Origin: Octopus sinensis | Lineage: Eukaryota | Assembly: GCF_006345805.1 (NCBI RefSeq) | Contig: NC_042997.1 | Location: 164,610,001-164,674,000, forward strand | DNA length: 64,000 nt | Direction: 5' to 3' | In this document: one piece after another, positions 40,261-54,099 of the stretch | Position numbering within the stretch: position 1 is the first letter of the stretch | Layout: the number at the start of each line of letters is the position of its first letter | Position numbers and translations under genes: made by a program | Notes under the pieces: model-generated | What the model saw: only the letters and a program-made list of their open reading frames with translations | Told to the model about the DNA's origin: nothing | Database searches by the model: none

Positions 40261-40370
40261 TTTCATGCTGACATGGGTTGGACAGTTTGACAGGAACTGG
40301 GGCTGCACCAAGTTTTATAGTCTGTTTTGGTGTGGTTTCTACAGCTGGATGTCCTTCCTGGTGCTAACCT

Positions 40371-40591
40371 ATTTCTTTACTACCCACAAGGGGTTAAACA
40401 CAGAGAGGACAAACAAGGACAGACAAACGGATAAAGTCGATTATATCGACCCCAGTGCATAACTGGTACTTATTTAATCGACCCCGAAAGGATGAAAGGC
40501 AAAGTCGACCTCGGCGGAATTTGAACTCAGAAAGTAGTAGCAGACGAAATACCGCTAAGCATTTCGCCCAGCGTGCTAATGTTTCTGCCAG
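40371..40591 (-). mobile_element. tRNA-derived SINE family B, young
   Basis: B box gagttcaaattccgccgaggtcgactttgcc with CpGs intact. Other copies near 7.6, 14.9, 26.0, 30.2, 41.75-41.98, 50.3, 50.8 and 55.7 kb. Confidence 0.85.
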
Positions 40592-40699
40592 CATGCACTG
40601 GGTGCTTTTTATGTGGCACTACCCCAGTGCTTTTTTAGTGGCACCAGCAGCCACACCAATGCATTTTATGTGGCACATTGATTTTAGGATACCAGTTCT

Positions 40700-41133
40700 G
40701 TTGTGGTGGGTGGGTCTTCTCAGGCACAACATTGCACCACATATCTTAGTTCTGTCATCCTCCTTCATAAGGGTCAGCGTTTTGAGATCAGCCTTCAGTA
40801 CTTCATGCTATGTCTTCCTGGGTCTCCCTCTTTCGCAACTTCTCTCCACTCTAAGTAATCAGCACTTAATTATGCAACTGTTCCCATCCATCTGCATCAT
40901 GTGATCAAAGCAGCACAGTATCCTCTCTTACACACTACTTACAATTCCTCTTATGCCTTTTTTCTCAATATGCAAGTGCTCTATCGCACATGTGCACTGA
41001 CATTGCATATCCAGCTGAGCATATCATCTTGGTTCTTCTTTAGTCTTTACATATTCTCTGCATTCAGAGCTCAAGTTTCACTACCATATAGTACTGCCAT
41101 TTGTACACATGCATCATACAATCTTCATTTCAC

Positions 41134-41185
<52 letters not shown>

Positions 41186-41350
41186 TTGGTTACCACCAGA
41201 AATAAAAGCTCTCTGAACTTTCTCCATCCTATTCTTATTCTAGGCATTATACTTTCCGTATAACCTCCTCCACAGCTAATTAGGTCACTTAAGTAGAAGA
41301 AGTCATCTACAACTTCCAGTGAGCTACTGGGACATTTGCGGAAATCAGTT
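40700..41350 (-). mobile_element. RTE-clade LINE ORF2 C-terminal fragment (pseudogene)
   Basis: LEVVDDFFYLSDLISCGGGYTESIMPRIRIGWRKFRELL...LYDACV..AVLYGSET, then GRPRKT; interrupted by an (AG)n expansion. Confidence 0.85.
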
Positions 41351-41432
41351 TCCCATGTATCTGTGGTCCAACATTGAGAGGATTGTCTGATTACATATAC
41401 TTGAATACACACACACACACACACACATAGAT

Positions 41433-41512
<80 letters not shown>

Positions 41513-42594
41513 CAAATAGGAATTAAAAGAATCAAACAAAGCTTGCAGTAAGCTCTCTGCCTGGTGTTTAGCTGTCAGGAAAGACAAGAAAGAGAGTGCT
41601 TGAGACTAGGGTGTAAGATTAGTGTTACTCTTCTGAAAATCCAGGAATCTCAATGGAGGATAGTATATAATAATGAAAAAAGAAGTGGAGTAATAGAAGA
41701 AATACTTATTCCATTTGTTGACTGCTGTTTCATAATATATATAACATATTTCTTTACTATCCACAAGGGGCTAAAACACAGAGAGGATAAACAAGGACTG
41801 ACAAACAGACTAAGTCGATTATATCGATCCTGGTGCGTAACTGGTACTTATTTAATTGACCCAAAAGGATGAAAGGCAAAGTTGACCTCGGTGAAATTTT
41901 AACTCAGAACGTAGTGGCAGACAAAGTACAGTTAAGCATTTCACCTGGCGCGCTAACGTTTCTGCCAGCTCGCCGCCTTCATAATATATATATACACACA
42001 CACACACACACATATACAGATGTTCCTTGTTTCGCAAGGTGGATTGGCTCTGTGAGTCACCATGTGAAGTGAAATCATGTAACAAGATGTAGATGCATTT
42101 ATAACGATACTATTATGTAAAAAGAACAAAACAAACAAAACCTGAACAATTATTTATTCAAATGGCACTAATAATTAATTGATTAACATGTATGTCTGCA
42201 CATGAGTGTATGACCAGTTCCATAATCTATTGAAAATGTTACACCATTTTTCCATTGTTTCACTGATATATCTACATATGCATGATGTGCATCTTATATT
42301 TATGAATATCCAGAGTTTATATTGGCTTTGATTTATTCATTCTTTCTTTAAAGTCTTCTAACAGTTGCTTCATTTATATTAAGCTGTTAGGAGGATAAAA
42401 GGCTAGACAAACATAATGTGTTAGTCGTCAGAGTTTGGTCTCTTTAACTCATGTTGTCTAGTCTGAAAGAAATTTATGGCATCCAAACACTGATGTGTAC
42501 AAGGGTTAGCATTGTGTTCACTCATTGGTATTCCTACACACCACACACACACATATATACATACATGTGTGTATGTGTGTGTGTGAACCCTCAC

Positions 42595-42627
42595 CTGCTA
42601 CTGAGTAGTGTAATAATGTAATATTTC
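42595..42627 (-). CDS. Candidate 33-bp exon of the minus-strand gene
   Basis: Acceptor gttcaaattacccag|, reads KYYIITLLSS in phase 2-2, donor CAG|gtgagg. Weak. Confidence 0.2.
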
Positions 42628-43185
42628 CTGGGTAATTTGAACACAAACAACACAATGGCTGGACATGATTTCATGGAAAATTGCGAACAAATAACACAGA
42701 CTTATATGATGGGGATACTCATTTGCATCAAGATAAGGTGTCATGAACACACTCATGCATACACAGATACACACATACACAAACTCACACATGCATATTC
42801 TTACATCCATTCACACATGCATGCATGCACACAGACACATACACACACACTAGCAGACTTCAGTTTCAGTCAACCAAATACATTCACACAAGGATTTAAT
42901 CATTTTGGGCAACAGTTGATGATAATTGTCCAGGGTGATGTCATCATCATCACCCCACTTTATGCCCCTTTTCCTCCATAATTGCTTGTGTTAGACAGGT
43001 CTTCTTTAGTACAATGTCTCACCACTAGTTGCAGACCCTGTAAAGATTATATCAATTGTGTGCTTCCATCTTCAAGATGGTAAAATGTGACTATTTCTTG
43101 TAGCTTAAGTGACCATATAAAGGGCTCCTCCATTGGTTAGCTAATATTTCTAATGTGAGAGTATGTGTGTGTGTGTGCGCGTGCG

Positions 43186-43217
<32 letters not shown>

Positions 43218-45325
43218 GGAAAGAAAGTATGTGTGTGTGTGTGCATGTATCCATTTGTGTAAAAGGACATTTTTATAACTTTACTTTAAGGCTAGCTTTA
43301 GGTTCAAAATCTAGATAAAGGATGCTCTCTGCTCAAGGCGATTACAACGGAAGTTTTATTTTTCTTTGGAGTTATATCAAGCATAGACTAGCTGAGTAAT
43401 GTGTTCCATCATTCAGATGATTACATGAATACTTGTGCACAAAAGATTGATTATTTATGATACTGTGTAGTATTATACATAATTAATCACTTGCTTTTTG
43501 TCAATGCAACACACCTCTCTTTTCACAATGGAACCTTTATACGACACGTAGTCTGAGTTACTGCAGTATAGTAATTATTGTGATTTAATATTCACAAGAA
43601 TTAATACTACCAAGTTGACAAGATTGGTGCTGGGTTGTGGACCAAAATATCAAGTCTTCATTTCCCATCACCAATGAACACAAGGCCAGGAGACTTCTTA
43701 ATCAAATGGCTCAGTCAACCTAGCAATAAGTAGCTACCAGGAATAGAAATAGACACATCTTATCACTCAAAGCAGCAGGAGCACTGCATAATTGATGAGT
43801 GGCTCATTATCTTACAACTGCACAGTAAAATTCAATTCCTGAACAAGTTCTATTTCAAGGGAGGCTTGCTTCTCTAAACTAAATTACTCCAGATGAAAAA
43901 TGCAGCACAAAGTTTTGTCAGTGAACAGATCGCGGTCTCAACGCGCCGAAAATATTTTGACAAATTAAATTTAAATGTTGAAGTGAATCTAATGGTTTTT
44001 GTGTGTTTCTTAAATGGCTTATAAACACCTTCCATGCTGCAAAAATGTAATATTTTATGTGATATTTAAGTGTAGATCTAACACATAACTTGGTTTAGCT
44101 TGTTTGAAACCAACCTGCTTGAGACTGTCCTTGGTTCTGTGAAACAAACTCCCTATTTTAAATTGATCTAAATTTAAACCTTCCATCAAAATTTCATATT
44201 AATTTATGTTCCAAACACCAGCTTAATGGTGTCAAAGTTATTTTTTAAAAAATTCTTCGTTATTTTCAAAATTAACAGAAACAAAGACAGTGAATTTCAA
44301 CAGGCACTTGTATCCGTGCTAGTAGGGTGCCAAGAGCACCATCCGAGCATGATTGTTGCCAGAGCAGCCAACTGGCTTCTGTGCCAGTGGCACGTAAAAG
44401 GGCACCATTTGAGTGTGATCGTAACCAACGTCGCCTTACTGGCACCTGTACTGGTGGCATGTGTAAAAAGATTCGAGCGAGGTAGTTTCTAGTACCGCCT
44501 GACTGGCCCCTGTGCCGGTGACATGTAAAAAGCACCCACTACACTCTCGGATTTAGTTGGCGTTAGGAAGGGCATCCAGCTGTAGAAACTCTGCCAAATC
44601 AAGATTGGAGCCTGGTGCAGCCATCTGGTTCGCCAGCCCTCAGTCAAAATTGTCCAACCCATGCTAGCATGGAAAGTGGACGGTAAACGATGATGATGAT
44701 GATGATGATGCTATAGTAATAAAGGGTTAAAATTTGGGTGCTTTTGGCAAATCCTAATCTATTGCAAACGTTTGGATTAGATCTCTGGCTCGAGGACATC
44801 TTCCATGTTTCTTCTCACCAGTCACAGAGAGTTAGCAAAAGACCATATCCACCATCTCAATGGATTAAGCCATCAAAACTATGATAATAAAATTTTTAAG
44901 TGATACTTTTATAACAGGAGGGGGAAGATGTGAACTCACAGTTCTTGTAACATACATAATTGAACTTAACATAGAATGCCTATAAAACTAAAATACACAC
45001 ACACACATATATGTACATTCATGCATGCACACATACATACCTAACTAGTGAGGCGTGGTATGATCTATATAAGCTATATCTAAATTATTGACTCTGACTG
45101 GTTATAAATTTCCATCGCATCACATTTATTGGAGAATAATTGTAGATCAATGGAATTAGGCTTTTAGTTTCAAACCTTTGTCTCTGTTAATAAATTTAAT
45201 TTGAAACTGGTGCCTATCGGCTTATATACATATGAAATTGGAACACACCAACACAAATATGCATAGCTGCACATAGGCAGATGGATATACATGTATACAC
45301 ACATGCGTATCTTTAATACACTCAA

Positions 45326-45379
<54 letters not shown>

Positions 45380-46531
45380 GTATCAACATAAATCTATACA
45401 CTCAAATATATACATGCAAACACTGACACATACATCCAGATATTTGGAAGCATACTTAAGAGAATACAAACACATGCATTCACATATATATACACACATG
45501 TATGTGTACACAAATGTAAGTGGTAGCATTACAAAGGTATACATTCCCAAACATGAACACATGCAGAAGTAAATCTACACACACACACACACATGCAAAG
45601 AGAAACACAGTCACGTACATGATGGTAGTGGTAGTGATGATGATGATGATGGTGATGACTATGACAATAACCCCCCCCCCATACAGCACCTCTGCAAAAC
45701 AACAGCTGTTACATCACACCTATTCGTTAAATTGACGAACTGTGTTTCGTGGTTTTGCTTGATCAGAGCTAACCTTGAGGCTATACAACAGCTACCACCA
45801 CAGCAAAAAGCACAGCAACAACAACAATTACAATTGTATCACAGTGAAATTTGCCTTCTTTGTTTATGTATTTATTTCAAATCCTATTTCTACTGTTCTT
45901 AAGATGACACCTCTTTACTTCACACTTCAATCACAAATGTTCTCCTAAAAGACTTCACTTGGGAATTTTATGCATTTATGTTTAATTCTCTTAAACCAAC
46001 TTGATCATCTGCTCACTTCTGTTGCACTGCATTCTCGAAGGAGCCTTTAAGGAGCTACTTGATTTGCTAGAAACAGCAGTTAAAACTCCTCCAGATCTTA
46101 AGACTGAATAATGTAGTCTTACATATACAAAAAAACTGGGATAGTTATGATGAGTTAGACTATATTTTATCATAGATTTGCTCTATCAGGACCGATCTGG
46201 GGCTAAGCGACAACTACTACTAATACCATACAGTCACTTAACATGCAAAAAATAACACAGCCAAATCTCCCTCAAATTGCACTGTACCATCTCAGAAAGG
46301 TAAGGAGTAACATTTATTCAGTCACAGATGATCTAAAAAGATGGTATAGTCATGACTGGATAACTTTGGTCATTAATGCAACTCAGTTAAGTTTCACCCA
46401 GGGCTAAACAACAATAATACCCCCCACAATTCTTGCCAGTTGTTATATTTTTTGAACTATTTCACAGCAACATAATCTGCATTAATGTAAACTTTTCTAA
46501 AAAAAAACAAAACAAAAAAAAAACAGTTCAA

Positions 46532-46744
46532 CCCTTTAGCATTTAAACCAGCCATATCCATCCCAACTATTCACCTGTTTTATGTTCAAACTGACTACAC
46601 CTGGCCTCTCAAAACTATCCTACAATGTCATTCTAAAAATATATCACATTACTGAAACCTTGAAGCTACAAGATAATGCAGGATTAATTCAAAATGATGT
46701 GAATAAATAAACATATTTGATAACGTAACTTGAATGCTAAAAGG
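46532..46744. mobile_element. piggyBac-type MITE
   Basis: TCAA|ccctttagcatt ... aatgctaaaagg|TTAA inverted termini. Confidence 0.75.
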
Positions 46745-47262
46745 TTAAATTTCATAAAGGAAAGCTTACAAACTTTGATCCCTCACAACAAACTTTGACC
46801 CCTCTCTGACTTAACACTCTGTCACATATTGGTCATGAGTCAGTCTCATCTATAACATCCATTTGATGTAACACAACACCATGCCACATACAAAATATCT
46901 TGATCAGTCATAATAAAAACCTCAACCATCACAAATTGTGGTTTGGATATGACACATCTACCACATGATTTTCTATAAAAGTTTATTCTGTAATATACAT
47001 GTCTTACTGAACTGAAATAATTACAAACTTCCTTTAAGAAACAAGAAAATTGTCTCCACCACTCCTTTTTCTCTATCCATACCCTACAAACATGTACTTT
47101 CTTTCTATCCTTCTCCATCCTCCCTTCCAACAAACTCTGCCTATATCACATGATTTTTCATTTACATTACTTCAAAAACAATATAAAATCCAAGAAAGAT
47201 CAAAATAAATAAGTCTGCTGACAGCTAGAAAGTAAAAACTGCAAAATCCCTGTCAAATGTAC

Positions 47263-47298
<36 letters not shown>

Positions 47299-48551
47299 GG
47301 TAATCACTTGAGTTCCAAAAAATTCAGTTCTGCAATATCTTGCTGAACAACTTGCACAAGTACTTTGTTCATAATGATCAAAAATGTGTTTGCAGTATAA
47401 TAGCTCACTCCCTCCATCAAGTCAACATTGCTTGTACAAGTGCATAGTTTTCCACATCGTGGCCGTTGCCAGCCCTCCCTGGCACCTGTGCCAGTGGCAT
47501 GTAAAAAGCACCCACTACACTCACGGAGTGGTTGACGTTAGGAAGGGCATCCAGCTGTAGAAACACTGCCAGATCAGACTGGAGCCTGGTGCAGTCTCCT
47601 GGCTTCCCAGACCACAGTCGAACCGTCCAACCCATGCTAGTATGGAAAATGGACGTTAAACGATGATGATGATGATGATGAATATGTCAAAATGAGTGCA
47701 GAGCAAATGAGATGAAGGGTTTGCTCAACGCACCACCTGATCTGAGAATCGAACCCATGATCTCGTAATCACGAGTGCAACACCCTAACCAATAGGATAT
47801 GCATGCTCACATACATACATACATACATACATAAATAAATATACGCATATATGTATGTATGGATGGACATACACACATACATACATATTAAGATATCACT
47901 TAGACATAGTGATACTAATAACCAGGAATTAGAACTTGCTGTGAATAATATGCTTCAGAATAAAGCATTGTCCTTTCTTATATAAACTTGCACTTCATTT
48001 TAGAAGCTCTGAGGAAGCTACAAAGTGATGCACAAGAGCTCTGCTCTGAGTGCACTGCATCTTATAGCAGAAACAACTGCAAGCTAATGAAGTTGACTAC
48101 ATAATTCCTGTACACGTGTCATTTATTTAATCTCTATCTCTCTCTTTCTCTCTCTCTCTCTCTTACACACACACACACAAACATTCATTTATATATACAT
48201 GGATTTTAGAAAGTTATGTCCCATAAGCACCCAGCTGTGAGTGGAATATTTCTTAAAGCAGAAACAGCTGTAAGCTAATGAAAGTGATTATAAAACATCT
48301 CTTCTTTTGCCATTAATTAACATGCACATACATGAGCACACACACACACACGTAGCAGTACATAGTATTGCCTGGAGATATAGGAAGTGTCAGAAAATGT
48401 CACACAGTATATAATCTAATCCTTGAAGATGTAACTCTAGGCAAAATTTCAGATATATTGATGCAAAACAGTGGCCTACATTTTGAAAAATAGATATCTA
48501 CATGTATAATACTTACATATATACATGCATAGACATACATACATGTCTATG

Positions 48552-48588
<37 letters not shown>

Positions 48589-49453
48589 ATGTGTGTATTT
48601 ATCATCATCATCATGGTAAGGCTCCAGTCTGTTTTAGCTTGGTTTCTACAGCTGGATACCCTTCATAACACCAATTATTCCACAAAATGTACTTGGTGCT
48701 GTTTACGTGTCACTGGAACGGGTACGTTTTATGTGCCACTGGCATGGATGCCTTTTACATGTCACTGGCACAGGTGCCTTTTATGTGTCACTGTGTCATG
48801 TACATACATACACATATTATACATATGATGGGCTTCTTAGAGTTTCCCTCTACCAAATCTTGTTACAAGGCTTTGGTCCTCCCAGAGCTATAGTATGTGA
48901 CACTTGCTCAAGGTGCCACACAATGGGACTGAACTCAAAACCACGTGGTTGGGAAGCAAACCTTTACACCACATAGCCACACATATATCCTAAAGTTTCC
49001 AACCAAGGTAGGTCATCGAAGATACTGGCATGCACACCAAATAAATATGATTTGTTCGTCAAAGAATATTATGGGACATAAAAGAAAGCAAATATAGGAT
49101 TCCATAAGAATGTTATGAATAGTGTTGGTGCCATAAAAAACACACTCAGTGCTTACTGTGAAGTGGTTGGCATTAGGAAGAGCATCCAGCCGTGGGAATC
49201 ATGTCAAAATTGAGACACTGGAGCATGTTGTGGTCCTTCAACCAGTTGGACCTTGTTGAAGTGGCCAACCCATATTAACATGGAAAGTAGGTGTTAAAAT
49301 GTTGATGGTGATGATGATGAGAGGTAGACAGACAAATAGATAGATAGACAAACAGACAGACAATACATATACTCTGTCCCGCCCAAGAAAGCATGGAAAA
49401 GTAGACATTAAAATACTGCCAAAACAAATAAAAGCATACACATAATATACACA

Positions 49454-49495
<42 letters not shown>

Positions 49496-50310
49496 AAGGC
49501 ACACACATACATACATATATACACACACACACACACACACAAAAATACATTTCTGTGTGTGTGTGTATATATATATATATATGCGCACACACAAATACAT
49601 TTCTGTGTGTATAAGAGAGAGAGAGAGAGGGTGTGTGTGTGTGTGTGAGTGTGTGTGAGTGTCTGTACAGCTCAAGATTGGCTGAATTATTAATATTTTC
49701 ATCAGAACAGGAAACAGAGTGACAGACAATTACAGACAGATAGTCAAAGCAAGAAAGAAAGAGACAGACAGACAGACAGACAGAGACGAGACAAAACGAA
49801 GTAGTGTGTGTGTGTGTGTGTGCGTAGGGAGACAGGGAAAGGAAGTAGGAAAGAGAGAGATCAAACAATGTTTTTTTCCATAAAATAATTATACATGCTG
49901 TGTGTATATGTATGAGGATGTGCACATGCTCTAAGTGATGTTGATATATATTTTTAATGTAAGTAAATTACTTTGAGGCAGCCGTTCCTCACATTTTTCA
50001 TTCCCTGACTCTTTACCTACCACTTAGGCTAATGCAAAATACCTGTACATATATACATGTGTGTGTGTGTGTGTGTGTGTGCATGTATGTGTAGGTAATG
50101 CCTTCTACTAGCCAACCAATATCTTGTGTGTAAAAATTTAGTAGATGGAAACTGCATGGAATCCCGTCATTTGTGTATGTCTGTTTCCACATACCTTCAC
50201 ATCCACACTGTTTTAAAGAAAGCGTTCATGCTTGTTTATGTAAAAACCAGTAGAATTAAAATTCCTCGCTTGAAAAACAAGAGATGGTTGGCAAAAATAA
50301 GGGGCATCAA

Positions 50311-50662
50311 GGCAGAAACGTTAGCACGCCGGGCGAAATGCCTATCAGTATTTCGTCTGCCATTACGTTCTGAGTTCAAATTCTGCTGAGGTCGACTTTG
50401 CCTTTCATCCTTTCGGGGTCGATTAAATAAGTACCAGTAAATCACGGGTCGATATAATCGACTTAATCCCCTTGTCTGTCCTTGTTTGTCCCCCTCTATG
50501 TTTAGCCCCTGTGGGTAATAAAGAAATAAAAAAATAAGGGTCGATTAAATAAGTACCAGTAAATCAGTGGGGTCGATATAATCGACTTAATCCCCTTGTC
50601 TGTCCTTGTTTGTCCCCCTCTATGTTTAGCCCCCTGTGGGTAATAAAGAAATAAAAAAATAA
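50311..50662 (+). mobile_element. SINE family B, 5'-truncated, with duplicated 3' half and 17-bp TSD
   Basis: TSD aaaaataaggggcatca at 50293-50309 and 50655-50671; the roughly 123-bp 3' segment is present twice. Confidence 0.9.
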
Positions 50663-50781
50663 GGGGCATCAGGCTATGAAGTATTGCCTCAATGAGTCTC
50701 ATTCAATCCATGCCAGCATCGTAAAAGTGGACATGAAAATTAAAATGTTGATGAGGTTGATGATACACAATACACATACAA

Positions 50782-51011
50782 AGGGCGGCAAGCTGGCAGA
50801 AACGTTAGCACGCCAGGCGAAATGCGTAGCCGTATTTCGTCTGTTGTTACGTTCTGAGTTCAAATTCCGCCAAGGTCGACTTTGCCTTTCATCCTTTCGG
50901 GGTCGATAAATAAAGTACCAGTTTCCCACTGGAGTCGATGTAATCGACTTAATTCCTTTGTCTGTCCTTGTTTGTCCCCTCTATGTTTAGCCCCTTGTGG
51001 GCAGCAAAGAA
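50782..51011 (+). mobile_element. SINE family B, full length, 19-bp TSD
   Basis: TSD atacacaatacacatacaa at 50763-50781 and 51012-51030; A and B boxes intact. Confidence 0.92.
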
Positions 51012-51358
51012 ATACACAATACACATACAAGTGTGTGTGTAAGAAGTTTGCTTCCTAATCACATAGTTCCAGGTTCAGTTCCAGTGTGTGGTGCCTTGCA
51101 CAAGTGTCTTCTACTATGGTTCCCAGGCCAACCAAAGCCTTCTGTGTGGATTTGGCAGACGGAAACTAAAAGAAGCCCATTGAATATATCTACGTGCATG
51201 TGTTTTTGTGATTGTATTTGTCCTCCCGCTATTACTAGACAATCAATGTTGGTCTATGTTTATGCATCATAACTTTGTGGTTCAGCAAAAAGAGAACAAC
51301 AGACTAAGTACCAGGTTTAAAATAAAATAAGTACTGTGGTCAATTTGTTCAACTAAAC

Positions 51359-51450
51359 CAGTAGTTCCCATCCTTTTCACGGTGGTTCCCAAACCTTTTA
51401 TTTAAATGAGTTTTCCTACAGATCCCTTTTAATATGCTTACCCTTATGTG

Positions 51451-51512
<62 letters not shown>

Positions 51513-51742
51513 ATACATATATTCTTTTATTTGTTTCAGTTATTTGATTGTGGCTATACTGGAGCACTGCCTTTTTAGTCCAATAAAATGACCCGAGGAC
51601 TTATTCTTTGTAAGCCTAGTACTTATTCTATTGGTCTCTTTTGCTGACAGCTAAGTTTGGGGACATAAATACACCAAATTGGTTGTCAAGCAAGGATGGT
51701 GGGGACAAACACAGATACACAAACATATACACATAAATACAT

Positions 51743-51774
<32 letters not shown>

Positions 51775-51946
51775 GCCAGGCTTCTTTCAGTTTCCGTCCA
51801 CCAATTCTACTCACAAGGCTTTGGTCGGCCCGAGGCTATAGCAGAAGACACTTGCCCAAGGTGCCATCCAGTGGGACTGAACCCAGAACCATGTGGCTGG
51901 TAAGAAGCTACTTACCACACAGCCTAGTTCATGTTGGGAACCACTG
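51359..51946. mobile_element. hAT-type MITE inserted in a SINE and itself carrying a SINE A copy
   Basis: Termini cagtagttccc / gggaaccactg, degenerate 8-bp flanks aactaaac / gactaatg, and the interrupted SINE tail resumes after 51946. Confidence 0.5.
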
Positions 51947-52119
51947 GACTAATGCCTTCAAAGCAGTGTCCCAGCATGGACATAGTCCAATGACTGAAAC
52001 AAGTAAAATATTAAAGATGAAGATATATGTGTGTGTGTGTGTACATAGGTATTATAGAAATTTAATTAAATTATGTATACATACACATTCACATATACAC
52101 ACAGATATATAGATGTGCA

Positions 52120-52171
<52 letters not shown>

Positions 52172-53051
52172 CTCTTTGGGTCTTGAGCCTCATGGAGATG
52201 ATAAGTGACCAAGACTTGTGGCAATTTGCTGTGCTTGCGAAGACATGTCAAGGTAGGTGAAATTGTAGTTGTGTCCAGTGCTGGTGATACGTGAAAGGCA
52301 CCCACTACAATCTCTGGAATGGATGGCATTAGGAAGGGCATCTAGCTATAGAAACCAAGCCAAATCAGACTGTGGGTCTCTGACTTACCAGCCCCAGTCA
52401 AATCATCTTACCCATGTCAGCAAGGAAAATGGACACTAAATAACAAAAATGATGATGCATATATAAAATTATAAGCTTAAAAAAAAAAACAAAAAAAAAA
52501 ACATACTAAGCAAGTCTGCTGCTACCTATACTACACCTTCTGCACACCTGAAGCTATGGAAATGGTGATATTTTGTTCTTACAACTGTGGTACCCTCACT
52601 ACTACAATGAATTGGTTGTTCTCAGTATTTTGTAAAAGTTTCGAAGCACTGCAAGATCTGGAAGCCCCTGTAGCCACATTGGTAATTTACTGCATTCTCA
52701 ATATATATATATATACATATGTGTAAAGTGCTGCCCCTACCCTTCAGACCCACCAATGAAGACTATGAGCGACTGCATTTCAACAAGGGATGCAATTAGA
52801 TGGAGAGTGGGAGCAGAGAACTGAAACTGCTCTTGAGTATACTATACCTGCCATGAAACTATAAAAGTATGAATACTTCATTATTTTAGATAATACAGAA
52901 TACTCCATCCTCTGCAAAGAGACTATTTGACTCTTAGTTGATTCTTAAGCCGTACTTGCGAGACACAGAAGCTAGACAAGTGAAAAATTTTTTCTATTAT
53001 TTTTCATATTTTTTTAAAAGTGAGAATGAGCTGCACACACATCAGACTCAC

Positions 53052-53344
53052 TGTTTCATGATTGATAACATATAACCGAGTACAACCAGTTGCATGGTTG
53101 AAATGACTAAACTGGCAAACCTATATAATACTTGCTTAGTGAGCTTTTGGACACCTGCAAGACGAAAAACAAGATCTGTAAAAGGGCAGGTGAATTCATG
53201 GAAGTTAATGGCCCTCCAACAATGGGCATATATGCATATTAAATCTGTGTATAGCGGTGGCATAGCTTTGAAGTTGATGGCAGCAGCTGGTGCAGGTAAC
53301 ATACTGTCATGCAGCGCTAAATGCCTCAATGCAAGGGTAAGTAT
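53052..53344 (-). CDS. Probable coding exon of an unidentified gene, ending in a hydrophobic (TM-like) segment
   Basis: Open from acceptor attctag| to donor CA|gtgagt (293 bp): ILTLALRHLALHDSMLPAPAAAINFKAMPPLYTDLICIYAHCWRAINFHEFTCPFTDLVFRLAGVQKLTKQVLYRFASLVISTMQLVVLGYMLSIMK. A stronger internal acceptor (ttgtttttcgtcttgcag|) would give a 103-bp exon at 53052-53154. Confidence 0.5.
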
Positions 53345-54099
53345 CTAGAATGATGTTTTATAATCTGGGACCATATCTAATTTGAAGGCACTGCACAGTC
53401 TGGAAGCCCCTGTAGCCACATTGGTAATTTACTGCATTCTCAATATATATATATATACATGTGTGTATGTGTAGTTAGAGAGCTGCCCCTACCCTTCAGA
53501 CCCACAAATCTATACAGGGTTATGCAGCAGACCCAAACGTGCTTTCTCCCATAAAATCATCAACCCAGAGTGGATGGCCCCTCTAGATACACTACTGATA
53601 TATATAAGGAAAATGTCTTTACTACACAGTCCCTAGAATGTCTACAGACAAAAAATACTTTCGGTTCTGTATTCTTTGTAGCCCAACCATGTTACTGTAA
53701 ACAGGTAACCCCCCAGGACTTTTCTGAATTACTATAGATGTATGTGTTTGTGTGTCTGTATAATTATATTAGCATTTTACTTTGCTCATTTACCAAGCAT
53801 ATGATTATAACTATATATAAGCTTTTTTCTTTGAAAATTGCTATATAATACACTAAACCATTAAAACACTTTATCATTTTTTGTAGCAAAATTCATTATT
53901 AAATTATGTTAATTTATTTGCAAATATAATTAAACAAACTCCCCATCCCAAATGTAAATTTAATTACGTTGACTTTTAATTATAACCGTCTGAAATTACA
54001 TATTCATTTTCTCCTCCCCTTTAAATATATTAATTCACAAGAGAGTTGTAGAATTGACATAAATGTTCTATGACATTGTTTCACTGCCTAATATGAGTT

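Noticed and set aside
44340-44530. Conserved motif plus variable stretch modules as a CRISPR-like array
   Set aside because: The 'spacers' are homologous to each other and are the same among dispersed copies; they belong to a retroposon family.
50782-50880. tRNA gene-like A/B boxes
   Set aside because: These are SINE heads that continue into SINE body and tail with TSDs; I could not build a complete cloverleaf.
53094-53348. Plus-strand 84-aa ORF ending at a perfect AAGG|gtaagt donor
   Set aside because: No upstream acceptor with a good pyrimidine tract gives an open frame into it, whereas the minus strand is open from acceptor to donor. A non-coding antisense exon is not excluded.
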